A stretch of DNA of 34,430 nt from a virus (taxonomy: Duplodnaviria; Caudoviricetes). Location of the stretch: IMG/VR virus record IMGVR_UViG_3300026484_000296, positions 1 through 34,430 of that record; one strand, 5' to 3'. This document shows positions 26,522 to 34,430 of the stretch, piece by piece (position 1 is the stretch's first letter; the number at the start of each line of letters is the position of its first letter). The translations under genes were made by a program, and so were the position numbers. The notes below the pieces were generated by a model. The model saw only the letters and a list, made by a program, of their open reading frames with translations. It did no database searches and was not told where the DNA came from.

Positions 26522-27409
26522 ATGATAGTAGATAAAAGAAAAGCAGTAATTGAAAACTTTAAAGAAGAATTTTCAGTTAATAAAGCAATAGAGACTCTAG
26601 AAGATTTAGGGTATAAAGTAGTAAAAGATGTAACAGTTGAAATGGCTGAGTCTGTTATAGCTGAAGCTGGAAAAAAAGTTTTAAGTGAAGCTGAAATTAA
26701 AGAAATCCAAGAAAAAGCAATTATCTCTGAAGATGCTATGGTTGAAAAACTTGAAGAAGCTGATATGGTAGTTTTAACTAATGAAGAATTAAAAGAAGTT
26801 GAAGCTAAAATAGTAGAAAAATTAACATTGTCTGAAGATGCTATGGTTGAAAAACTTGAAGAAGCTGATATGGTAGTTTTAACTAATGAAGAATTAAAAG
26901 AAGTTGAAGCTAAATTTTCAGAAAAATTAATTGAGTCTTTAGAAGCAGAGGGTAACTTAATTATAATGAAAGAAGAAATTCAAGCATTTGATGAAGAACT
27001 TGCTAAACTTGTTGATGCTAAAGTTGAAGCTAAAATTAAAGAAATGGAAGATGAAAAAGATGCAGATGCTGATTTAGATGCAGATGCTGATTTAGATGCA
27101 GATGCTGAAATTCTTGATGCTGAAGCTGAAAAAGATGCTGATGGTGAAGCTGATGCAGATGCTGAAACAAATGAAAAATCTGAAGGAAGAACACAAACTC
27201 CTAAGAAAACTATGTTAGCTGAAAGACTTTTAGGCGATACAGAAAATCTTAGTATGACTGAAAGTTCAGATACTCCAGAAGTAGCAGATGATGCAGATGC
27301 TGAAAAAGATGCAGATGCTGAAAAAGATGCTGATTTAGATGCAGATGCTAAAACAAATGAAAATGTAAAAGCTGGTGAAAAAGGTTCTCTTTTAGAGAAA
27401 CTTGCTTAA
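26522..27409 (+). CDS. Highly acidic, repeat-containing protein (prohead core/scaffold-like)
   Basis: E/D/A-rich; 28-aa duplication and DADADL/DADAEK repeats. Confidence 0.75.
   Translation: MIVDKRKAVIENFKEEFSVNKAIETLEDLGYKVVKDVTVEMAESVIAEAGKKVLSEAEIKEIQEKAIISEDAMVEKLEEADMVVLTNEELKEVEAKIVEKLTLSEDAMVEKLEEADMVVLTNEELKEVEAKFSEKLIESLEAEGNLIIMKEEIQAFDEELAKLVDAKVEAKIKEMEDEKDADADLDADADLDADAEILDAEAEKDADGEADADAETNEKSEGRTQTPKKTMLAERLLGDTENLSMTESSDTPEVADDADAEKDADAEKDADLDADAKTNENVKAGEKGSLLEKLA
26726..26914 (+). repeat. Exact 84-nt intragenic duplication (period 105 nt)
   Basis: 26726-26809 is identical to 26831-26914, encoding SEDAMVEKLEEADMVVLTNEELKEVEAK. Confidence 0.9.
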
Positions 27410-27419
27410 TCACTAATTT

Positions 27420-27448
27420 AAGAGGAGTTAAATCTCCTCTTTTGTTTT
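27420..27448 (+). terminator. Rho-independent terminator
   Basis: aagaggag-ttaaat-ctcctctt followed by ttgtttt. Confidence 0.8.
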
Positions 27449-27496
27449 ATAGAGTTAATAAATAATATTGATTTTATAAAATAAAAGGAAACTTAT

Positions 27497-28081
27497 ATGA
27501 CTATTGAAGAACTTGACGAATACTGTTTTATAAATTCAAATCAATATTTTTTAGGATATGAAAATATCGAAGTTAAAAGACCAGTTCTTGAAGGAATTAT
27601 AAAAAAGACCTTAATGCATTATGGAAATTTTAAACCTATAAAATATAGAAAATTTGGATTTGAATTAAAGACTAATGATACAAAGATGAAAATTAAAGAA
27701 ATTGATGGAAGACTTGTTCAAAACATAATTTCTATAAATTATTTTAATCCTATTTATGGAGGTGAAACAGAAGTTGCCTTTAATTGGGATTATAATACAA
27801 GAACAAAAACTATATATGCTCAAACTTCAGGTACATATATTGTTGATTTTATGGTAAGACCCATTCTTGATGATATTACATTTGAAGATGAATTATTTCT
27901 TCAGATGACTCTTGGGCTCTATATGATGTATGTTGGTGAAGCAAGAAAGGCGTTCACACTTGATGGACTTCCTTTTGCAAATGACTCTGCTGAAATTTAT
28001 GCAGATGGGAAAGAAATGTATGAAACTGCTTTGGAAGAATTAAAAGAAGAGAATTCATCTTGGTGGCTTGCAATAAAATAA
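27497..28081 (+). CDS. Putative neck/head-completion protein (T4 gp13-like)
   Basis: C-terminal EIYADGKEMYETALEELK helix resembles neck adaptors; position in module. Confidence 0.55.
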   Translation: MTIEELDEYCFINSNQYFLGYENIEVKRPVLEGIIKKTLMHYGNFKPIKYRKFGFELKTNDTKMKIKEIDGRLVQNIISINYFNPIYGGETEVAFNWDYNTRTKTIYAQTSGTYIVDFMVRPILDDITFEDELFLQMTLGLYMMYVGEARKAFTLDGLPFANDSAEIYADGKEMYETALEELKEENSSWWLAIK

Positions 28082-28090
28082 AGGAATAAA

Positions 28091-28360
28091 ATGAGAAAAA
28101 TATTATCAATGGCAATCGGTGGAAGACTTTCGATGAATTTAAAAGCATCACACGATGATGATGTATTTTTTGAGATTATTTCTGGAAATAATAAAGTTAT
28201 AAGTTTTATTCCTACATTTAGCCTTGAAGGAGCAGAACAACTTTATAAAGATATAACAAATAGATATCTTGGAAAGGCAGTAAAAGTTTATCTTCAAGAC
28301 ATATTTAATAGAAAACAGAGAAGTATTCAATCTCCTGATAAAGTTAGGAGAAAGAAATGA
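28091..28360 (+). CDS. Hypothetical protein
   Basis: 89-aa ORF with SD aagga. Confidence 0.72.
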   Translation: MRKILSMAIGGRLSMNLKASHDDDVFFEIISGNNKVISFIPTFSLEGAEQLYKDITNRYLGKAVKVYLQDIFNRKQRSIQSPDKVRRKK

Positions 28361-28989
28361 AGTTAATAAATTCAATTAATTTAGCTGGTATTGTTGGGGC
28401 AACAATTTCAAACCTTGAAAAAATGTTTGGAATTCCCTCTGAAATTTATTTACCTAAACAATATGATACAAGAACACAACACGGAGATATTGAATATCAA
28501 GATGATGCAATTTTAACTAGAAATTTATTATTTACGAATTATATTCAAAATGTAACTCCAACTCCTGGTTTAAAAAGTTTTGATATAAAAGAAGAAGCAC
28601 TTGAATGTTATCTTCCATCTGATAATCTTATCACCACTATTCCAAAAAGAAGTTTAGTTGTTTTAAAAACTGCCCACGGAGAAGAAAAATATGTTATTAC
28701 AGATATTGAAGCTTTACAAGGGGATGCTCAAACTTATATAATAAAATGGGAATTAACACCATCTGCTGTAGGAATACTAAATGATGATGAAGTTGAAGAA
28801 GCGATAGAAATTATAGAAACACAAGCTGAAATGTATGATGAGGTTGGTTTAACTGTTGATAGATTAGTTTTTGATTTAGAAAGTGAAGAAAAACCATCTT
28901 CAACGACTCCGAAAGATCTTAAAAAAGAAACTGAAAGTGTCACTCCGAATAAAAATCTTGTTCCAGATGATGTTGAAGTTATTTTATAA
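28357..28989 (+). CDS. Putative head-closure/neck protein
   Basis: 210 aa, ATGA overlap; function inferred from position. Confidence 0.45.
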   Translation: MKLINSINLAGIVGATISNLEKMFGIPSEIYLPKQYDTRTQHGDIEYQDDAILTRNLLFTNYIQNVTPTPGLKSFDIKEEALECYLPSDNLITTIPKRSLVVLKTAHGEEKYVITDIEALQGDAQTYIIKWELTPSAVGILNDDEVEEAIEIIETQAEMYDEVGLTVDRLVFDLESEEKPSSTTPKDLKKETESVTPNKNLVPDDVEVIL

Positions 28990-28998
28990 GGAGTTTAG

Positions 28999-29769
28999 AT
29001 GAAATCTTTAATAGAACCAATAGAATTGGCATTATTAAAACTATTTTCAAGCCCTTTTGCAGAATATGGTATTAAAACATATTTTAATTATTTTGATGAT
29101 GTAAAAAAGGGCTTTATAGATACAAAGGTTCAAGATCTTGGGAATAGAGCATTTATGAGTGAAAGTGAATCTGTAGTATTGCTTTATAAAAGGACTTCTC
29201 CATTGGTTAAAAGCAGTCTTTATGGAAAGACTGGTATGCCTAAGAAATTAATTGCAATCAACCGAGAAACAGGAGAGGGCTTTGAAAAAGACTATGTAAT
29301 TTGTGATTGGTCTTATGAATTTAATGTTCTCTCAAAATATAGGGGAAATGAAGAATTTTCTGAATTTATATTTAACTTTTTAATAAAAAGAATGAAAAAA
29401 CTTAATTTTTCTATTAAAGTTAAAAATATTGAAGTTCCTCTAAGTTATAGTATAAATATAAGTGATATAGAAACTTTTGAAAAAATGGATGAAAGTTTTT
29501 TAGACAATGTTTATTCTTTTAGCTTTACTCTAGAAATGACTGGTATGGTAATGTCACCATTTAGTAGGGAAAATTCAGTTGGTCTTTTTGATGGAAAGTT
29601 TGAAATTTACTTATTCGGTGAAAAAACAACCTTTGATATTGAAAATGATTATAATGAATTAATAAGTGTTGTCGAAGACAATGGTGAAATAGTAACATTT
29701 GATGACTTGAAACGAACAAGTTCTCAAACAAATGAACTAATTGAAGTGGAAAAAGAAATAGATTTATAA
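28999..29769 (+). CDS. Putative tail terminator/completion protein
   Basis: 256 aa, beta-rich, before the sheath gene; function inferred from position. Confidence 0.45.
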   Translation: MKSLIEPIELALLKLFSSPFAEYGIKTYFNYFDDVKKGFIDTKVQDLGNRAFMSESESVVLLYKRTSPLVKSSLYGKTGMPKKLIAINRETGEGFEKDYVICDWSYEFNVLSKYRGNEEFSEFIFNFLIKRMKKLNFSIKVKNIEVPLSYSINISDIETFEKMDESFLDNVYSFSFTLEMTGMVMSPFSRENSVGLFDGKFEIYLFGEKTTFDIENDYNELISVVEDNGEIVTFDDLKRTSSQTNELIEVEKEIDL

Positions 29770-29780
29770 GTTATTAAACT

Positions 29781-29788
29781 TATAAATA
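29781..29788 (+). promoter_or_regulatory. Late promoter of the sheath/tube operon
   Basis: Exact tataaata within inverted repeat 29762-29787. Confidence 0.65.
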
Positions 29789-29811
29789 CTTTAAACTAAA
29801 AAGGAAAAACA

Positions 29812-29997
29812 ATGGAAACAAAAAAAGTTACTCTTTATAATGTAAAACCATTCAATGTTTTTATTGACCTAGATGGAAACGAAAATACAGATGATACAAT
29901 CGTTTTAGGTAAAGGTGGAAAAGAGACAGTTGAATTAACAAATGTTAGAATTGAACAACTAAGAAAAGAACTTGCTGGTCAAGTTGTAATTAAATAA
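29812..29997 (+). CDS. Small hypothetical protein before the sheath gene
   Basis: 61-aa ORF with SD aagga. Confidence 0.75.
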   Translation: METKKVTLYNVKPFNVFIDLDGNENTDDTIVLGKGGKETVELTNVRIEQLRKELAGQVVIK

Positions 29998-30007
29998 AGG
30001 AAAAAAT

Positions 30008-32962
30008 ATGGCAGCAAAAGTAATACTACAAGAATATGACTTTTCAAGTTTTGTACCATCAATGTCAGGTATTAAAGCAGCAATCGTTGTAAATTCTTAT
30101 AAAGGTGATATTAATATCCCTAGATTTGTAACAGATATAGATCAATATATCGCAAAATATGGTATGCCACATCCAAGTAGAGGTGTTTCTGAATATTCAG
30201 CAATCACATACTTAACTTATGGTGGACCGATGTATGTTGTAAGAAGTGCACATAATACTGATGAAGGAAGATTATCTGGAACAGATCCTAAATATCCAGC
30301 AGCATTGGTTAGAAGTAAAATTGACCCAGTTCCTGCAAGTAATGTAATTCCAGATCCAGATTATGAACCTCAAAGAGTTGTAGAACCTTTAAAAGATGGT
30401 TTAACTCAACACGATTTAGATGCATTTTTATTCCCACTATATAGAACTCATAGAGAGTATTCTTTTAAAGATTGTGGAATTATGCAAAGTGTTCTTAATA
30501 CTAATGAAATGAAAGTTTTTAGCTTTGAAGATTTAGAAGAGGGTGCTGATATTAGTGTTACTCCAACAATTTATGTTAGAGAACCAGTTGCAAAAGGTGC
30601 AAAAACTATTGTAGTTAATGATGTAAGTTACTGTAACCCAGATCAAAATATTGAGATTTTAGGTACTGAAATGAAAATGATTTCAGTAGATTATGATGCG
30701 AATACAATTACTTTAGAATTCCCAATGGAATTTGCATTGAGTGTTGACTTCCCAATTCATATTGTACCATTTGATTTAAGTGCAAATTATAAAATTACTG
30801 CTCTTGAAGAAAGAGTAATAAATTATGATTTATTAACTTTAGAAACACCAATAAGTGCAAATAAAGCTGAACCAGTTAGATTAGTTAATATCGCTCAAGT
30901 TCAATATAGTTCTTTAAATAGTGATTATGATGATATCGTTGTAACAAGTCAAGAAAGTTCAACTACAATTGCAGTTAATACAACTAATGGGGTTGAAGTA
31001 AAACAAACTCAAAGAATTAATGGTGAAGATTATATTGTAGATTCAATTGATGAAGCAAATAAAACTATTACATTTAGATTATTAGATGGTCAAACATTAA
31101 GTGCTGTGGAAGATGATGAAGTTTATCTAATGCAAAGAACTTATAAGACTTTTGAAGATCCAGTTTTTGTTGTTAGAGGAATAAAAGACTCTACTCAATT
31201 AATTGTAACAAATTCTGATTATATTAAGAATGGTGAGATTATTGCAGTTGGTGCTGGTTTAACAACAGTTGAAGAAGAAACAAAACTTTTAGCAAAAGAC
31301 CTTTATAAAGAAAGTCAAAAATGGATTGTTTTAGATAAAGATTTAATAGCTTATTCAAATTATAGAATTTATAATATGGATAAATCTGAGTATGAAGATA
31401 GAGATGCATTTGTTGTAACTTCTATAAATCAAGGTACTTGGGGAGATGATATTGAAATCAAAATTTCAGCTTCAAAAATTGCAGAAGCATTCTATGTAGA
31501 AGTTTATGATAATGGTGTACCGACAGGTGAAAAATTCCATTGTTCAATGAAATATATGAAAGATGGTTTTGGTAATCAATTATTTATCGAGTCTGTTATT
31601 AATGGTAAATCTAATTATATAAAAGTTAAAGCAAACCCAACTGATGTTGATGCTGATGGTAATCCTGAAAAACCTTTATATACAAATTATGCTTTATGGA
31701 GAAAAGATCCTATTGATATTTTCTTACCACTTGCTTTAGATGTAATTGCTGAAGAAGATATAATTCTTAATGATGTTGAGATTATGGTTAATAATAATGC
31801 ACAATTCTTATTAGGTAACAGAATTAGATTTGAGGGATTTGCAGATGAATATAAAATTTTAGATGTAACTACTGATATCAATGATAATAAAGTTATTAAA
31901 TTAGATAGAAGAATTTTAGCTGATAAAATTCCAGTTGGAACTAGAATATTAAGATATTCTTATACTAGATATTTTCCAATTACTGTGCTTGAAAAAGCAT
32001 TCCCAGGATATGTTACTCCTTGTAATTATCTTTTAGCTGGTGAGTCTGGAACTTTACTTGATGCTGGTATTAATAACCTTAAAGGTGGATCAAATGGTTC
32101 TGCTGTAACAATCGGTGATCTTATGATGACTGCTGATACACTTAATCAAGATAGATATAAATTCCAATTATTGTTAGATGGTGGTTTTACATACCCAGCA
32201 TACCAACAAAAACTTTTAACAATAGCTGAGAAAATGATGACTTGTTTTGCATACTTAACAACTGATATTAATGCAGAGTTAAGTGTAAATTATATTGATG
32301 ATATTATTTCTTACAGAAATAAAACTATGATTAATTCAAGTTGGGCTGGTATTTTTACACCACACGTAAAAATATATGATCAATGGAACCAAATGGAAGT
32401 TTGGGTATCGCCAGAAGCATTTGCAGCAAGTAAACAAGCTTATGTTGATAGAAATGTTGTAATGTGGATGCCTGCAGCTGGTTGGAAAAATGGTAAAATA
32501 CTTGTACTTGACTTAGTTAGAAAACTTAATCAAGATGAGATTGATTTATTAACTGATGAACATCAAATTAACTGTCTGAAATATGAAGATGGTGATGGGG
32601 TTGCGATTTGGGGTAATGAAACAATGCTTACAATGCCAAGTTATTTACAAATGAGACACGTAAGAATGTTGCTTATTGTAATTGAAACTGGTTTAAAAGC
32701 ATTCTTAAAGTATGAAACATTCTCAATGAATGATGCAGAAACAAGAGGTATTATCGTATTTAAAATCAATAAATGGTTTGAAGATACTTTAGCAAAAGCA
32801 GTTTATGACTTCCAAATTTTAGATGTTACAAATGACAGTAATGTTAATAACAGAGAGGGAGTATTCAGAATTATGTTTAGTCCTAAGACATCTATGGAAA
32901 AAATTATTTCTCAAGTTGTAATCACTTCAAAAGGGTTCGACTTTGGACTAGTGAATATCTAA
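30008..32962 (+). CDS. Tail sheath protein with large insertions
   Basis: YIAKYGMP, YVVRSA, NQGTWGDDI, LKGGSNG, WMPAAG, IWGNET, HVRMLL. Confidence 0.92.
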   Translation: MAAKVILQEYDFSSFVPSMSGIKAAIVVNSYKGDINIPRFVTDIDQYIAKYGMPHPSRGVSEYSAITYLTYGGPMYVVRSAHNTDEGRLSGTDPKYPAALVRSKIDPVPASNVIPDPDYEPQRVVEPLKDGLTQHDLDAFLFPLYRTHREYSFKDCGIMQSVLNTNEMKVFSFEDLEEGADISVTPTIYVREPVAKGAKTIVVNDVSYCNPDQNIEILGTEMKMISVDYDANTITLEFPMEFALSVDFPIHIVPFDLSANYKITALEERVINYDLLTLETPISANKAEPVRLVNIAQVQYSSLNSDYDDIVVTSQESSTTIAVNTTNGVEVKQTQRINGEDYIVDSIDEANKTITFRLLDGQTLSAVEDDEVYLMQRTYKTFEDPVFVVRGIKDSTQLIVTNSDYIKNGEIIAVGAGLTTVEEETKLLAKDLYKESQKWIVLDKDLIAYSNYRIYNMDKSEYEDRDAFVVTSINQGTWGDDIEIKISASKIAEAFYVEVYDNGVPTGEKFHCSMKYMKDGFGNQLFIESVINGKSNYIKVKANPTDVDADGNPEKPLYTNYALWRKDPIDIFLPLALDVIAEEDIILNDVEIMVNNNAQFLLGNRIRFEGFADEYKILDVTTDINDNKVIKLDRRILADKIPVGTRILRYSYTRYFPITVLEKAFPGYVTPCNYLLAGESGTLLDAGINNLKGGSNGSAVTIGDLMMTADTLNQDRYKFQLLLDGGFTYPAYQQKLLTIAEKMMTCFAYLTTDINAELSVNYIDDIISYRNKTMINSSWAGIFTPHVKIYDQWNQMEVWVSPEAFAASKQAYVDRNVVMWMPAAGWKNGKILVLDLVRKLNQDEIDLLTDEHQINCLKYEDGDGVAIWGNETMLTMPSYLQMRHVRMLLIVIETGLKAFLKYETFSMNDAETRGIIVFKINKWFEDTLAKAVYDFQILDVTNDSNVNNREGVFRIMFSPKTSMEKIISQVVITSKGFDFGLVNI

Positions 32963-33006
32963 GCTTAATTGCTTAGTATTCCATATTAAAATTATAAGGA
33001 CAAAAA

Positions 33007-33507
33007 ATGGCACTATATGATTATTCTACAATCGCTGGAAATATCAATTCGGTTTTAACTGGTGAAATTTGGGAAGTAACAAAATTTGGTGAATTAGCAA
33101 TAACATCAAAAATTAAAAATGTTGATGGTCTTCCTAAAACAGAAATTCAAACACACGAGGTAACTTATAGAAATAAAACTTTAAGATTTCCTAAATATGC
33201 TAAGAGTGGTGGAGAAATTACTATTACTTTAATTGAGGACGAGGGTTCTACAGTTAGAAAAGAACTTTATGAAAAACTTGAAACACAACTTAAAGAAGGA
33301 AAAATTTCTGATGGAAATAAACTTGTTTTAGGTGATGTTGAATTAAAAGCTTATAAAGATCTTAATACAGTTGCAAGAACATATACTCTAAAAGGTTCTA
33401 TTGTTACTTCAATTGATGAAAGTCTAACTTTCGCTGAAGAAGATGGTGCACCATCTGAAATCACATTAACAATAGCATTTAGTGATTTTGAAATAGCTTT
33501 CTCTTAA
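33007..33507 (+). CDS. Tail tube protein
   Basis: 166 aa after the sheath; ITITLIED and terminal ITLTIAFSD pattern of gp19-like tubes. Confidence 0.75.
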   Translation: MALYDYSTIAGNINSVLTGEIWEVTKFGELAITSKIKNVDGLPKTEIQTHEVTYRNKTLRFPKYAKSGGEITITLIEDEGSTVRKELYEKLETQLKEGKISDGNKLVLGDVELKAYKDLNTVARTYTLKGSIVTSIDESLTFAEEDGAPSEITLTIAFSDFEIAFS

Positions 33508-33541
33508 TAAAACTTAAACTTAACTTACAAAGGATTGAAAA

Positions 33542-34114
33542 ATGGGTTCAAAATTTTCTGATTATAAGATGCAAATGCCAGCTTCTTCAAGCTTTTGGGA
33601 AGTTAAGTTTAAATCTACATCAGTTCCAAATACTGTTGAAACTAACAATGGAAATTTAATGCCAGCAATGAGTGTTATATTTGATGTTGGTTCAATACAA
33701 TATGAAGAAGTTGAAATATTTGTAGATAAACTATACTATGTTAAAAATATAGCTAACTTTAATAAAATTACAATAGATTATATTGAAGATGAAGCATTAA
33801 CAGTAACGAAATTCCATAAAGATTGGATTTTCAAAAAAGAAAACATTACTCCTGAAAAAGATTTACATAGAATATCAACTCCAAATGTTTATGGTAAATT
33901 TTCAGAAACAATATCAATTAAAAAATATGCATCTGATTTTAAAACTGTTGTTTTAGAACTTGAAGCCGTAGTTATTCCTGATGCTTCTATCGCATTTACA
34001 TTTGATTGGGATGATAGTACGATGACAAAATCATTTACATATCAAATACTTGATGTTAAAAAACTTGAAATGTCTGGACAAAAAGGCACTTCTGCAGTCT
34101 CTGCACAAATATAA
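33542..34114 (+). CDS. Tube-like protein (tube paralogue or baseplate tube initiator)
   Basis: ITIDYIED...FHKDW parallels the tube motif; position in module. Confidence 0.55.
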   Translation: MGSKFSDYKMQMPASSSFWEVKFKSTSVPNTVETNNGNLMPAMSVIFDVGSIQYEEVEIFVDKLYYVKNIANFNKITIDYIEDEALTVTKFHKDWIFKKENITPEKDLHRISTPNVYGKFSETISIKKYASDFKTVVLELEAVVIPDASIAFTFDWDDSTMTKSFTYQILDVKKLEMSGQKGTSAVSAQI

Positions 34115-34138
34115 GGTATCTTACCTTATATCTTCTTT
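34109..34138 (+). terminator. Hairpin terminator ending the tail operon
   Basis: atataaggta-tct-taccttatat followed by cttcttt. Confidence 0.6.
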
Positions 34139-34154
34139 ATTATACTATAAAAAT

Positions 34155-34204
34155 CCTTAAACTCTTATTAAACTAAAACCCTTAAACTCTTATTAAACTA
34201 AAAC
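34155..34204. repeat. 25-nt tandem duplication
   Basis: ccttaaactcttattaaactaaaac x2. Confidence 0.85.
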
Positions 34205-34212
34205 CCTAAAAT

Positions 34213-34430
34213 AAAAAATAAAATGTCTTGGAGATGTAAAAAATTTTTATTAATCTAATATATAGTAAAACTAAAAACTAAAAACCCTAAAATAAAACTA
34301 TAACTAAAAAATAAAATGTCTTGGAGATGTAAAAAATTTTTATTAATCTAATATATAGTAAAACTAAAAACTAAAAACCCTAAAATAAAACTATAACTAA
34401 AAAATAAAATGTCTTGGAGATGTAAAAAAT
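34213..34430. repeat. 93-nt tandem repeat, same family as 5824-6170, truncated by window end
   Basis: Core tgtcttggagatgt at 34224, 34317 and 34410; linker aaaaaatttttattaatct...tatagtaaaa...ctataactaaaaaataaaa. Confidence 0.95.

Noticed and set aside
2649-31881. All minus-strand ORFs in the track (e.g. 25629-26084) and nested + strand ORFs 24076-type shadows
   Set aside because: They lie antisense to well-supported + strand genes and are shadows of codon bias, with no SD or motifs
1867-34114. Alternative genetic code or suppressor tRNA
   Set aside because: Genes are full length in code 11, TAA, TAG and TGA all serve as stops, and no CTA/TCA anticodon tRNA is present
34201-34385. Plant-telomere-like aaaccct words
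   Set aside because: Single copies within an A/C-rich linker, not tandem telomeric repeats

Overview
A 34.4-kb segment of a very AT-rich, large contractile-tailed phage (myovirus) genome, with every credible gene on the + strand. 1-1807: eight CCA-encoding tRNAs whose spacers contain several highly base-paired RNA-like elements that I cannot identify. 1867-15618: early/replication module containing a GREB1/TAGT-like glycosyltransferase, small hypotheticals, a DIP1984/DUF6847-like coiled-coil gene followed by a ~300-nt structured RNA candidate, nested tandem repeats, a Cas4-like nuclease, a UL9-like SF2 helicase, DUF488 and a type IIA topoisomerase split into three genes. Seven TTTAAG-N11-TATAAT promoters in this module resemble Campylobacterota sigma70 promoters. 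15668-34114: virion module (TerS candidate, TerL, portal, zeta-like kinase, protease-scaffold fusion, major capsid, neck, sheath, tube) with T4-type TATAAATA late promoters. The window ends in a second array of the same repeat family. Best leads: the DUF6847-like gene plus downstream RNA, a zeta-like kinase carrying a copy of a capsid N-terminal peptide, kissing-loop RNAs in the tRNA cluster, and the repeat family next to the origin-binding-like helicase. All family calls come from motif recognition by eye; no searches were run.
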